A stretch of 64,000 bases of DNA from an uncultured Actinomycetota bacterium (GCA_963839395.1 CAWIUW010000004.1:37545-101544); one strand, 5' to 3'; positions 38,770 through 48,858 are shown, counted from the stretch's first letter. Numbers and translations: made by a program. Notes: a model not told the origin generated them from the sequence alone.

Positions 38770-38927
38770 GACAGGTCCTCCCTCCGCCGGCCTCATCGGG
38801 TTCGTAGCTGCCGCGTTCGCCCCGGAGTATCGTGCGGAACCCTCCGGCTTGTCAGCCGGCAGGCACTCCCGAACGCGGCAAGGACCCGGAAGCGCGCTCG
38901 TGGGCGCTGCACGACACTCCGAGGATG

Positions 38928-39359
38928 CGGCATGACAGCTCGTCCCCGACGGACCTCGACTTCTGGCTCGGCGACTGGTCCTGCACGTGGGAAGCCGGTC
39001 GGGGCCGGAACGGGATCACGAAGGAGATGGACGGCCACGTGGTCGTCGAGCGCTTCGAGTCCCTCGAGCCCGAACGCTGGTCGGGGATGAGCGTCAGCGC
39101 GTTCGACGGACAGCAGGGATGGCGTCAAACGTGGGTCGACTCGACGGGCAACTACTGGGCCCTCCACGGTGCGCCCCATCCCGAGGGATTCTCCTTCTCC
39201 GTGGTCGAGATCGAGGACGGCCGTGAGATCGAGAAGCGGATGGTCTTCTCCGGGATCGAGGCGGACAGGTTCGACTGGCGATGGGAACGGTCGACGGATA
39301 CCGGCGCCACATGGGAACTCCTGTGGACCATCGACTACCGCCGCGCCGACGAAGCGTGA
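38928..39359 (+). CDS. Hypothetical protein (DUF1579-like)
   Basis: LDFWLGDWSCTWEAG...WVDSTGNYWALHG. No catalytic motif recognised. Confidence 0.35.
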   Translation, partial: RHDSSSPTDLDFWLGDWSCTWEAGRGRNGITKEMDGHVVVERFESLEPERWSGMSVSAFDGQQGWRQTWVDSTGNYWALHGAPHPEGFSFSVVEIEDGREIEKRMVFSGIEADRFDWRWERSTDTGATWELLWTIDYRRADEA

Positions 39360-39397
39360 AAAGAACCATGGCGATACAGGAAAGCAAGGAACCAGTA

Positions 39398-39422
39398 GGA
39401 ACGGCAGGGAACCGGCACCGTT
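39398..39422 (+). promoter_or_regulatory. Candidate ECF-sigma-type promoter (GGAAC-N17-GTT) in an AT-richer leader upstream of the orphan ABC permease
   Basis: Three GGAAC copies at 39388-39415. The second (39398-39402) is followed after 17 nt by GTT (39420-39422). Local GC is well below the genome average. Confidence 0.25.
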
Positions 39423-39472
39423 CGGCAAGAACTCGCTAGCTCCGCACACTCGCGGGTCCTAGCGTCGGTTCG

Positions 39473-40441
39473 GTGCTCCGGTACCTTGCTCGCCGGCTGC
39501 TCTATTCCGTCCTCGTCCTCATCGTCATCTCGCTCCTCACGTTCCTGATCTTCGTGAAGCTGCCGGCGGGCGACCCGGCCAGGCGTGCGGTCGGCCGGAG
39601 GACCGATCCGGAGCAGATCGCGAACGCGCGCCGCGCCTTCGGACTCGACCAGCCGTTGCTCGTCCAGTACGGGCGGTTCGCGAAGGGGCTGATCCCGCTG
39701 CCGAACACGTTCCTCGCGGAGGACGTCTACTACTCGTTCTCCAACTACCAGCCGGTACGTGAGGAGATCCTGCGACGGCTCCCCGTCTCCGCGATCCTCG
39801 GTATCGGCGCGGCCCTCCTCTGGCTCCTGGTCGGCATCCCGCTGGGGATCGCGTCAGGGGTTCGGCCGCGCTCGCTCGCCGCTCGGTGGACGATGATCGG
39901 CGCGATCATCGGCGTGTCGTTGCCCGTGTTCTGGCTCGGCCAGCTGCTGCTCTATGTCGTGTGGTTCAAGCTCGGGCTCGCGCCCGCGAGCGGGCTGCAG
40001 GTCGGCGCGAGCGTGTGGGAAAGCGCCCTCCAGGGGAAATTCATCCTTCCGTGGATCACGGTCGCGGTCGGTTACGCGGCGATCTACGCGAGGATGCTGC
40101 GGAGCAACATGATCGAGACCACGCAGGAGGACTACATCCGGACGGCTCGCGCGAAGGGACTCTCGGAGAATCGGGTCGTCTACAAGCACGCGCTCCGCGG
40201 TGCTCTCACGCCGATCGTCACGATGCTGGGGATCGATTTCGCCACGATCCTGGCGGGCCTGGTCATCACCGAGACGCTCTTCGGTCTCCCCGGACTCGGG
40301 CAGCTCGCCGTCAACTCGATCTACAGCAACGACTTCCCCATGGTGATGGGCGTGACCGTCGTCGGTTCGATCTTCATCCTCACCGCCAACATCGTGGTGG
40401 ATGTCGCGTACGCGTTCCTCGATCCGCGCGTCCGGTACTGA
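39473..40441 (+). CDS. ABC transporter permease (DppB/OppB-type). Orphan: no adjacent substrate-binding or ATPase genes.
   Basis: Six TM segments. EAA loop IRTARAKGLSENRVVYKHALRGAL. Confidence 0.75.
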   Translation: MLRYLARRLLYSVLVLIVISLLTFLIFVKLPAGDPARRAVGRRTDPEQIANARRAFGLDQPLLVQYGRFAKGLIPLPNTFLAEDVYYSFSNYQPVREEILRRLPVSAILGIGAALLWLLVGIPLGIASGVRPRSLAARWTMIGAIIGVSLPVFWLGQLLLYVVWFKLGLAPASGLQVGASVWESALQGKFILPWITVAVGYAAIYARMLRSNMIETTQEDYIRTARAKGLSENRVVYKHALRGALTPIVTMLGIDFATILAGLVITETLFGLPGLGQLAVNSIYSNDFPMVMGVTVVGSIFILTANIVVDVAYAFLDPRVRY

Positions 40442-40587
40442 GGCACGCCCCCGAGGAGGCCTTCCACCGGAGGCGTTCCCGTCGGCCCATAGCCGGGTCG
40501 CCCCTATCCGGTGGATGTCGCATACTGGCGAACTGAACGTTGGTGCAGGAGCCGTCGCGCACGCGGGCGGCCGAGCGAGGAGGGGAC

Positions 40588-42024
40588 ATGGCGGACGCCT
40601 ATCAGATGTTCATCGACGGCGAGTGGGTGAACTCGTCGGACGGACAGACCCGCGACGTGATCAACCCGGCGACCGGCGAGGTCGTGGCCAGCGTCCAGGA
40701 AGGTACGAAGGAGGACGCGAACCGCGCGGTCGCTGCCGCCAAGAAGGCGTTCGAGGGTGATTGGTACGACTCGACGCCGAAGGACCGTCAGCTCGCCCTG
40801 CTCAAGATGGCGGATCGGATCGAAGAGCACGCCGACGAGATCGTGAAGCTCGAGGCACAGAACGTCGGCAAGCCGGCGGCTGTGACGCTGTCGGAGGAGA
40901 TCCCGCCGATCGCCGACAACCTCCGGTTCTTCGGCGGGGCAGCCAGGACGATGGAGGGCCGCAGCGCCGGAGAGTACATGGCCGGGTTCACGAGCTACGT
41001 CCGCCGTGAGCCGATCGGCGTCGCCGGGTTGATCGCGCCATGGAACTACCCGCTGATGATGGCGATCTGGAAGATCGGGCCCGCACTGGCGACCGGGAAC
41101 TCGATCGTGCTGAAGCCCTCGGAGATGACGCCCCTCACCGCCCTGAAGCTCGCCGAGCTCACGGCCGACCTTTTCCCGCCCGGCGTCTTCAACGTCGTGA
41201 CGGGCGACGGCGTCCCGGTGGGGGATACCCTCGTCCGACACGAGGACGTGGGCATCGTCTCGCTGACCGGCGACACGGCGACGGGCAAGCTGATCGCGGC
41301 GAACTCCGCGGAAACGCTGAAGCGGGTCCACCTGGAGCTCGGAGGCAAGGCGCCGTTCATCGTGTTCGACGACGCCGACCTGGAGCAGGTCGTCGAGTGG
41401 ATCAAGATCGGCGGCTACTTCAACTCGGGACAAGACTGCACCGCATCGGCGCGGATCCTGGTCGGCTCGGGCGCGTACGAGAACGTCCTCGCCGAGCTCG
41501 TGCCGGCCGTGGAGTCGATCAAGGTCGGCGACCCGTTCGCGGACGACACCGAGATGGGCTCGATGGTCTCGAAGGAGCAGCTCGAGCGCGTCGTCGGGTT
41601 CGTCCAGCGGGCCGAGGAGGCCGGCGCGAAGGTCCTGACGGGTGGCAAGGCGATCGACCAGGAGGGCTTCTGGTACACCCCCACGGTCGTGAGCGAGGTC
41701 GGCCAGGACTCCGAGATCATCCAGAAGGAGGTCTTCGGTCCGGTCGTCACTGTGCAACGCTTCGACGACGAGGCGCAGGCGCTCGAATGGGCCAACGGCG
41801 TGCCGTACGGCCTGTCGAGCTCCGTGTGGACCCGCGACGTGGGTCGGGCGCATCGGATGGCGCGCAAGCTCCAGTTCGGTTGCGTGTGGATCAACACCCA
41901 CATCCCGCTCACGCCGGAGATGCCGCACGGTGGGTACAAGCAGTCCGGCCACGGCAAGGACATGTCGGTCTACTCACTCGAGGACTACACGAACATCAAG
42001 CACGTGATGGTGTCGCTCGACTAG
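40588..42024 (+). CDS. NAD(P)-dependent aldehyde dehydrogenase (gamma-aminobutyraldehyde / PatD-like)
   Basis: ELGGKAP (catalytic Glu), Cys motif GQDCTASARIL, NAD-binding GSxxTG. RBS GAGGAGGGG. Confidence 0.8.
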   Translation: MADAYQMFIDGEWVNSSDGQTRDVINPATGEVVASVQEGTKEDANRAVAAAKKAFEGDWYDSTPKDRQLALLKMADRIEEHADEIVKLEAQNVGKPAAVTLSEEIPPIADNLRFFGGAARTMEGRSAGEYMAGFTSYVRREPIGVAGLIAPWNYPLMMAIWKIGPALATGNSIVLKPSEMTPLTALKLAELTADLFPPGVFNVVTGDGVPVGDTLVRHEDVGIVSLTGDTATGKLIAANSAETLKRVHLELGGKAPFIVFDDADLEQVVEWIKIGGYFNSGQDCTASARILVGSGAYENVLAELVPAVESIKVGDPFADDTEMGSMVSKEQLERVVGFVQRAEEAGAKVLTGGKAIDQEGFWYTPTVVSEVGQDSEIIQKEVFGPVVTVQRFDDEAQALEWANGVPYGLSSSVWTRDVGRAHRMARKLQFGCVWINTHIPLTPEMPHGGYKQSGHGKDMSVYSLEDYTNIKHVMVSLD

Positions 42025-42059
42025 AGCGAAACACCTCCACAACTGAAGGCGGTGATGAG

Positions 42060-43487
42060 GTGGCTGTCAGGCCATATCTGGTGAACGGCGAGTGGCGCAC
42101 GGGCGAGGGCTCGTTCGAGGTCCACAGCCCCTACGACGACAGCGTCGTCGCGGAGATCGGCGTGCCGACCGAGGCCGACGTCGAGGAAGCGGCGGCGACG
42201 GCGCACGAGACGTTCAAGGAGTCATCGAAGCTCCCCGTCCACGCGCGCGCGGACGCACTCGATCACGTCTCCAAGCGCCTCGGCGAGACGATCGAGGAGA
42301 ACGCGAAGCTGATCGCGCAGGAGGGCGGCAAGCCCCTCAAGTGGGCGACCGTCGAGGCGACGCGCGCGGTCTCCACGTACCGGTGGGCGTCCGAGGTGAT
42401 CCGCCGCGGGGACGACGAGTTGATCCGCCTGGACACCGAGGCGTCCCTCGGGTCACGGGTGGGGCTGATCCGCCGGTTCCCGATCGGGCCGGTCCTCGGG
42501 ATCACGCCGTTCAACTTCCCGCTGAACCTCGTGGCCCACAAGGTCGCGCCGTCCCTCGGCGTCGGGGCGCCGATCGTCGTGAAGCCGGCGAGCGCGACCC
42601 CGATCGGCTCGCTGCGCCTGGCGGAGTTCTTCGCCGAGACCGACCTCCCGAAAGGCATGTACCAGGTCCTGCCGGTGTCCTCGAAGGTGGCCGACGGGAT
42701 GGCCCGCGACGAGCGCTACCGCAAGATCTCGTTCACGGGCTCGGCGGAGATCGGCTGGTACCTGAAGGGCCTCGACCCGAAGAAACGCGTAACGCTCGAG
42801 CTCGGCGGGAACGCCGGTGTGATCGTCCACGCGGACGCCGATCTCGACTTCGCCGCGCAACGGATCGCGTTCGGCGGCTACTACCAGGCCGGGCAGAGCT
42901 GCATCAGCGTGCAGCGGGTCCTCGTCTCCTCCGAGGTCTACGACGACTTCACGGCTCGGCTCGTCAAGCAGGTCGAGAGCCTGAAGGTCGGCGACCCGAT
43001 GGATCCGACCGTCGACGTGGGCCCCGTGATCCAGCGCTCCGAGGTCGACCGGATCGGCGGATGGGTCAAGGAAGCGGTCGCCGAGGGCGCCGAGGTGCTC
43101 ACCGGTGGCGAGGGTGACGGGCCGTTCTTCCAGCCCACGCTGATCTCGAAGGTCACGCCCGAGATGAAGGTGTGCCGCGAAGAGGTCTTCGGACCCGTCG
43201 TGACGGTCAGTCCGTACGAGACGTTCGAGGACGCGCTCCGTGTCGTGAACGACTCGAAGTACGGCCTGCAGGCCGGCGTGTTCACGAACGACATCAACCG
43301 CGCGTTCGAGGCCCACCGGACGATCGAGGTCGGCGGCGTCATCGTGAACGACGTCTCGGCGTTCCGCGCGGATCAGATGCCGTACGGCGGCTCGAAGGAC
43401 TCGGGCTTCGGTCGCGAGGGTCTGCGCTACGCGATGGAGGAGATGACCGAGCCCCGGATCATGGTCCTGTCGCACGTTCCCCTGTAG
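42060..43487 (+). CDS. NAD(P)-dependent aldehyde dehydrogenase (succinate-semialdehyde dehydrogenase-like)
   Basis: LELGGNAG and QAGQSCISVQR motifs. GTG start 36 nt after the first ALDH stop. Confidence 0.75.
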   Translation: MAVRPYLVNGEWRTGEGSFEVHSPYDDSVVAEIGVPTEADVEEAAATAHETFKESSKLPVHARADALDHVSKRLGETIEENAKLIAQEGGKPLKWATVEATRAVSTYRWASEVIRRGDDELIRLDTEASLGSRVGLIRRFPIGPVLGITPFNFPLNLVAHKVAPSLGVGAPIVVKPASATPIGSLRLAEFFAETDLPKGMYQVLPVSSKVADGMARDERYRKISFTGSAEIGWYLKGLDPKKRVTLELGGNAGVIVHADADLDFAAQRIAFGGYYQAGQSCISVQRVLVSSEVYDDFTARLVKQVESLKVGDPMDPTVDVGPVIQRSEVDRIGGWVKEAVAEGAEVLTGGEGDGPFFQPTLISKVTPEMKVCREEVFGPVVTVSPYETFEDALRVVNDSKYGLQAGVFTNDINRAFEAHRTIEVGGVIVNDVSAFRADQMPYGGSKDSGFGREGLRYAMEEMTEPRIMVLSHVPL

Positions 43488-43495
43488 GCGGGGCA

Positions 43496-43879
43496 GTGGA
43501 TCTCAACGAGGTCGTCCTCATCGCGTTGCCGTTCATCGTGGCCATCACGCTCGGCCTGGGTTTCCTGCTGGTCTTCCGGGAGCGCGCCGCGGCGAACGAT
43601 GTCCTGCGCCGCCGCGCCCAGCTCGCGGAACCTGATCTCGCAACCCCGCTCCGCGACCCGAGGCCGCCGGAGCGTCCCTGGTGGGGGAACCCATGGTTGT
43701 GGGTCGCCGTGTGCCTCGTATCCGTGGTGCTCGGGATCTACGTGTGGCCGGGCCTGTTCGGCGTGACGTTCCTGTTCCTGCCATTCATCTGGGTGTGGCG
43801 CCCCCGACGAGGCCACGACGTCGATCCCCGGACCAACGGCCACGAGAAGCGCGAGGACCCGAGCTCGCTGGGCGGCTGA
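43496..43879 (+). CDS. Small two-TM membrane protein (hypothetical)
   Basis: Two hydrophobic helices. GTG start 9 nt after the ALDH stop. Confidence 0.4.
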   Translation: MDLNEVVLIALPFIVAITLGLGFLLVFRERAAANDVLRRRAQLAEPDLATPLRDPRPPERPWWGNPWLWVAVCLVSVVLGIYVWPGLFGVTFLFLPFIWVWRPRRGHDVDPRTNGHEKREDPSSLGG

Positions 43880-43902
43880 CCCCGATCGTAGTCCGGGGTC
43901 AG
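43876..43902 (+). terminator. Stem-loop CTGACCCCG-(AUCGUAGUC)-CGGGGTCAG overlapping the stop codon of the small membrane protein
   Basis: Perfect 9-bp inverted repeat with a 9-nt loop and no U-tract (common in high-GC actinobacteria). Sits at the end of the gabT-divergent + strand transcription unit. Confidence 0.45.
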
Positions 43903-44060
43903 CACGAGGCTTGCTGTACCGCGTGTGGAATGGCCCGTCGCCGATGCCCGGCTCCGACGGCCGGGGTGGCGGTCAGACGCAACCAGCCAACGGAACGCCC
44001 CCGTGCGGCGACCGGGATCGTCCGGATCATGGAACGGGCTTGTGGTGCGGTCGGTCGCCC

Positions 44061-44735
44061 TCATGATCTTCCCTTCGCGAGGACTCGGTCGGCGAAGTCG
44101 CCGACGATGGCGGCGGCCTCGCGCTCCCGCCGCCAGAGGTAGTGGTCGGTGCCGTCCAGGATCACGACCTCGGCGACGCCTTCGCCGTAGGCGCGGAGTT
44201 CCTCTGCTGGGCAGTATTCGTCGTTCGCCCCGGCGAGGAACAACAGGGGACGTTTCAGGAGCCGGAGCTCCGCCGGCGCCGGGAGCGACGGGAGCGTGAG
44301 GTCGTTCGGCCGGAGCGGGAGTCCGAACAACGCGAGCGCGCCGACGCGTTCGTCCTCGAACGCTTCCCGCAGGGCAACGCTCGCTCCGAACGACCACCCG
44401 AAGGCGAGCGTGGGCCCCTCGACTCGCTCGCGGATCGCGTCGATCGCCGCTCGTACGTCGCGCAGCTCGTCCCGGCCTCCGCCGAAGGTGCCACTCGAGC
44501 CCATCGTGCCGCGGAAGTTGAACACGAGGGTCCCGAGGCCGCGCTTGCCGGCCAGCTCGTTCCTGACGGACCACAGGACCGGGTGGTCCTTGCTGCCACC
44601 GTGCCGGGGATGAGCGTGGCAGATCACGGCCGATCCCCGAGGGGGATCGTCGGGCAGGCGGAGCTCGCCCTCGAGGCGAACGCCGTCTTCGGTGAGGAAC
44701 GCCACGGTCTCCACGTCTGCGACGATGCCAGCCAT
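44061..44735 (-). CDS. Alpha/beta hydrolase
   Basis: Nucleophile elbow GWSFGAS. HGG oxyanion motif (CHAHPRHGG). Start at internal ATG 44733-44735. Confidence 0.65.
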   Translation of the reverse strand: MAGIVADVETVAFLTEDGVRLEGELRLPDDPPRGSAVICHAHPRHGGSKDHPVLWSVRNELAGKRGLGTLVFNFRGTMGSSGTFGGGRDELRDVRAAIDAIRERVEGPTLAFGWSFGASVALREAFEDERVGALALFGLPLRPNDLTLPSLPAPAELRLLKRPLLFLAGANDEYCPAEELRAYGEGVAEVVILDGTDHYLWRREREAAAIVGDFADRVLAKGRS

Positions 44736-45608
44736 GGGGGAGCTGCGCCAACCGAGGGGGACCGCATTCACGATCCGCGACCCGTTGCCGTGGGCGGACG
44801 TCGCCGGGATCGCGCGGGAGGGTGAGGGGCTCGGATACGCGGCGGTGTTCCTCCCGGAGACCGGTGCGCGCGACACACTCGCCACGCTGGCCGGGCTGGC
44901 GGGGGAGACGGAGCGGCTGGTCCTCGGGACCGGCGTCATCCCGATGGGCGCTAGGACATCCAAGCTCGCGGCGATGGCGGCCGCGACCGTTCAGGAACGG
45001 TCCGGCGGACGGCACATCCTGGGCGTCGGTACGGGCGGGGCGGTGCCGGGGGCGCTCGGGCGACTCGAGGACTACGTGAAGGAGATCCGCGACCTGGTGG
45101 CGGGAGCGCCCTCGGCGCCGCGCTCCGACTTGCGTTGCCCGTCCCCGTGCCGATCTGGGTCGCGGCGCTCGGGCCGAAGGCCGTTCGCCTCGCCGGGGAG
45201 ATCGCCGACGGTGTGATCCTCAACTGGTGCACGCCGGAGCGCGTCGCGGAAGCCCGCGACGCGATCCGGGTCGCGGCCGGCGAAGCCGGCCGCGACCCCG
45301 ACGCCGTCACGATCGCCGTGTACGTCCGCGCGTCCTTCTCGGACCGCGCGGACGAAGCCCTCCTGGGCGCCGCCGCCGAGTACGCCTCCTACCCCGCCTA
45401 CGCTCGCCAGTTCGAGGCGATGGGCGTGGAGCCTTCTCCGGAAGCGGTCGTGGAGGCCGTGTGCCTGCGCGGCGACCCCGACCGGGCGAGAGAGCGTCTG
45501 GAGGCCTACCGGGAGGCGGGCGCGGACCTGCCAGTCGTGTACCCGGTCCTGGCTCCGGGCGAGGGCCGCGAGGCGGCCCTCGCCGTGCTCCGAACCTTCT
45601 CGTCCTGA
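44734..45608 (+). pseudogene. LLM-class F420-dependent oxidoreductase (luciferase-like), frame broken near 45110-45130
   Basis: The N-terminal two-thirds are in frame 1 (...YVKEIRDLVAGAPSAPRS). The C-terminal third (PVPVPIWVAALGPKAVRLAGEIADGVILNW...) is in frame 0. Confidence 0.6.
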
Positions 45609-45682
45609 CCGTCGCCGAAAGCGGGGCGTGGGCGCTAGACTTCCGTTCGCAAGGTCGACACCGTGGAAAAGGGGTAAATGGC

Positions 45683-46009
45683 ATGACCTACACGATCGCG
45701 GAGCCGTGCATCGACGTGAAGGACCGAGGATGCGTCGACGAATGCCCGGTCGACTGCATCTACGAGGGACCTCGCATGCTCTACATCCACCCCGACGAGT
45801 GCGTCGACTGCGGCGCCTGCGAGCCCGTGTGCCCGGTGACGGCGATCTTCTACGAGGACGACGTCCCCGCCGAGTGGAAGCAGTTCAACGCGATCAACGC
45901 CGAATGGTTCAGCGACGAGATCAGCGGCGTCGGTTCTCCCGGTGGAGCCGCGCAGGTGGGACCCGCTGCCAAGGATCACCCGGTCGTCGAAGCCTGGAGC
46001 TCGCCCTAG
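45683..46009 (+). CDS. fdxA: 7Fe ferredoxin (3Fe-4S + 4Fe-4S)
   Basis: MTYTIAEPCIDVKDRGCVDECPVDCIY...CVDCGACEPVCPV. RBS AAAAGGGG. Confidence 0.9.
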   Translation: MTYTIAEPCIDVKDRGCVDECPVDCIYEGPRMLYIHPDECVDCGACEPVCPVTAIFYEDDVPAEWKQFNAINAEWFSDEISGVGSPGGAAQVGPAAKDHPVVEAWSSP

Positions 46010-48858
46010 CGCACCGCGCCGGCATGCGAGTCCGCTGCCGGGTGGATCTTCGGGAGGAACACGCGGAAGGATGCGCCTCCGCCCTCTCGCTCCTCGACCC
46101 ATGCGCGACCGTGATGCATCTCCGCGAAGCGGCGAACGAGCGTGAGCCCGATCCCCACGCCCGGTGAGGGGTGGGCCGGGCCAGTCCCCTGACTGAACTC
46201 CTCGAAGATCGTCTCCTGCAACTCACGGGGCACGCCGCCTCCCTCGTCCTCCACGGCGATCAGCGCGCCCTGCTCCGTCTCGGTGACCGAGACGTGGACG
46301 AAGGTCCCCCGCGGCGTGTGCTTCACCGCGTTCACGAGGAGGTTCTCCACGATCCGCTCCACCTTCGGCGGATCGATCGGGACGACGATGGACTCGGTCG
46401 AGATCGTGACCTGATCGCGCATCGAGGGATCCGCTTCCCCCACCATCCGGCGCACGAGGTCGCCGACATCGGTCGGCTCGAACGTGGGTGTCAGCACGCC
46501 GCGTGCGAGCCGATCGAGATCCAGGAGGTTGGTGACCAATCGCTCGAGCCGGCGAGCGTTGTGCTCGATGCGGCCAGCGAGCTCACGGGTCTCCTCGGGG
46601 TCCAGCCCCACGTCCCCACGTTCGAGCGTGATCGCCATCCCGAGGATCGCGGCCAGGGGCGTCCGCAGGTCGTGGGAGACCGCCTGGAGGAACGTGTCCT
46701 TCATCTCGTCGAGCGCCCGCAGCCGCACCGCCGCCTGCCGCTCGACCTCGAGGGCACGCTCCAGATCCTCCTGGGCGCGCTTGCGCTCGCTGATGTCCCG
46801 GATGAACCCGGAGAACACGGTCTCCTCGCCCACCGCCACGGGGATGATGGCCAGCTCGACGGGGATCATGCGCCCGTCGCGACGTAGCGCCTGGATCTCG
46901 ATCCGGGAGTTCAGGACCGCGCCCTCGCCGGTCTCGTGCCAGCGACTGAGTCCTTCGCTGTGGGCGGAGCGGTGTGCGTGGGGGACGATCGTGTTCACGA
47001 GTGAGCGTCCGAGCACCTCGTCGGCGCTCCATCCGAAGGTCGTCTCCGCCTGTGGGTTCCATCCGATGATCTCGCCTTCCATGTTCATGCTCACCACGGC
47101 ATCGAGGGAGGCGTCCACCATCAGGCGCAGGTGCTCGTGGGCATCCTTGAGCCGCTGCTCGGCCTCCTTGCGCGCCGTGATGTTCAGCTGGAACCCCTGC
47201 CAGTAGGGAGCCCGACCCTCCGGTCGTACGAGGCGCGCCTGATCGAGGACCCAGACGATCCGGCCGTCCTTCCGGACGATCCGGTACTCCTCGGAGAAGA
47301 CGCCCGAGTCGTCGGCGTTGCTCGCGGCAACGGCCGCGAAGACACGCTCCCGGTCATCCGGATGGACCTGTCGCTTCCACAGCGCCGGGTCGGCCGCGAC
47401 CGCCTGTCGCGGATACCCGGTGAGCTCCTCGTCGCCCGGACCGACGTAGGTGGTGATCGCGTGCCCGGGGTCCTCCGGATCGATCTCCTGCATGTAGAAG
47501 ACCGCCGGATTCTGCTCCACCATCGTCCGGAAGGTGAGCTCCGCTTCCCGGAGACGCTCCTCGGCATCATGACGGGAGCTCACGTCGGTGAGGAAGCCGA
47601 GGAAGTAGTCGAGTTCACCTTCCTCGTCGAACACGGCGGTGGAGTTGTCGTGTACCCACACCCAGTGGCCGTCGGCGTGGCGCATCCGGTACTCGTGGTC
47701 GAACGGTTCGAGGTCGGAGTTGTTGAACGCGTCGATCGATCGGAGACGCGCGAGGTCGTCGGGATGCATCAGCTCGAACCAGTACCCACCGTCGTCCAGG
47801 AATCGTTGCGGCGGGTACCCGAGGATGTCCTCCATCTGTGGGCTGACGAAGCCCATCGACGTGATGCCGTCGTCTCCCACGAAGTCCGTGTACGTGACGG
47901 CCGGGATCAGCTCCACCATCGCTCGGGATCGAGCCTCGGCCTGACGGAGGCGGCCTTCCGCCTCCACCTGCTCGCTCACGTCGACCAGGAACCCCTGCCA
48001 ATAGAGGATCTCGCCGTCCTCGCCCCCGACGGGGCGCGCCTTGTCGCGAACCCACAACCAACGGCCGTCGGCCGTCCGCATGCGGTAGACCTGATCGAAT
48101 TCCACGCCGGCCGCGAACGCGCGGGCGTTCGCACCCTGGACCCGCTCCACGTCGTCGGGGTGCACCGTGGCCCACCACCATGTCCGGTCCTCCACCGGCC
48201 GCTCGGGCGGAACGCCGAGGAGGTCCTGGATCTGCGGGCTGACGAAGGTGATCGTGCCGCCCTCGTCGTGATGAGACTCCGTGTACGTCACGGCCGGGTT
48301 CTGCGCGACGAGTTCCTCGTACCGCGCCTCCGCTTCGATCCGACGGCCCTCCGAGCGCTGTCGTTGGACGGCTGCTCCGAGCATGCCCGCGACGGCGCGA
48401 AGCGAATCGAGCTCGTGTCGCGACCATCGACGCTCCACGAAGCAATCGTCGAACCCGATGAATGCCCACCAGGCGCCGTCCACGAAGACCGGGAACGAGG
48501 CGATCGACACGATCTGTTCGCGGATGAGCTCCGCTCGCTCCTCCTCCGGGAAGTCGCGGACGAGGCCGTGCACCGTCTCCTGGTTCTCCATGAGGTGGAT
48601 CCAGCGTTCGAAGCCGTTGCTGCGCATGCCGGCTCCGTTCAGGGCGGGATTCCCGAACTGGGACGTGACGTCGGGGGCACACCACTCCGAATGCTGGGTC
48701 ACCAGATACTCGCCCGCACCGTCCGGATCCACGCGGATCAGGTAGGACCGGGAGACCTCCGCAGCGAGACCGAGCTGGCGGAGCACGTCATCGATCGCCG
48801 CGCCCCAATCGGGTGCCAGGAGCAGCCGCTCCGCGGAGAAGGCGACGGCTGCGAGCAT
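46006..48858 (-). CDS. Orphan sensor histidine kinase with GAF + four PAS domains + HisKA + HATPase
   Basis: Repeated PAS cores (YRMRTADGRWLWV, YRMRHADGHWVWV, YRIVRKDGRIVWV, ALRRDGRMIPVEL). H-box SHDLRTPL. G-box GVGIGL. Confidence 0.85.
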   Translation of the reverse strand: MLAAVAFSAERLLLAPDWGAAIDDVLRQLGLAAEVSRSYLIRVDPDGAGEYLVTQHSEWCAPDVTSQFGNPALNGAGMRSNGFERWIHLMENQETVHGLVRDFPEEERAELIREQIVSIASFPVFVDGAWWAFIGFDDCFVERRWSRHELDSLRAVAGMLGAAVQRQRSEGRRIEAEARYEELVAQNPAVTYTESHHDEGGTITFVSPQIQDLLGVPPERPVEDRTWWWATVHPDDVERVQGANARAFAAGVEFDQVYRMRTADGRWLWVRDKARPVGGEDGEILYWQGFLVDVSEQVEAEGRLRQAEARSRAMVELIPAVTYTDFVGDDGITSMGFVSPQMEDILGYPPQRFLDDGGYWFELMHPDDLARLRSIDAFNNSDLEPFDHEYRMRHADGHWVWVHDNSTAVFDEEGELDYFLGFLTDVSSRHDAEERLREAELTFRTMVEQNPAVFYMQEIDPEDPGHAITTYVGPGDEELTGYPRQAVAADPALWKRQVHPDDRERVFAAVAASNADDSGVFSEEYRIVRKDGRIVWVLDQARLVRPEGRAPYWQGFQLNITARKEAEQRLKDAHEHLRLMVDASLDAVVSMNMEGEIIGWNPQAETTFGWSADEVLGRSLVNTIVPHAHRSAHSEGLSRWHETGEGAVLNSRIEIQALRRDGRMIPVELAIIPVAVGEETVFSGFIRDISERKRAQEDLERALEVERQAAVRLRALDEMKDTFLQAVSHDLRTPLAAILGMAITLERGDVGLDPEETRELAGRIEHNARRLERLVTNLLDLDRLARGVLTPTFEPTDVGDLVRRMVGEADPSMRDQVTISTESIVVPIDPPKVERIVENLLVNAVKHTPRGTFVHVSVTETEQGALIAVEDEGGGVPRELQETIFEEFSQGTGPAHPSPGVGIGLTLVRRFAEMHHGRAWVEEREGGGASFRVFLPKIHPAADSHAGAVR

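Noticed and set aside
39371-39442. 23-codon ORF (MAIQESKEPVGTAGNRHRSARTR) in the AT-richer leader
   Set aside because: Codon usage (ATA, GAA, GTA, GGA) is atypical for this genome. More likely a regulatory or RNA region.
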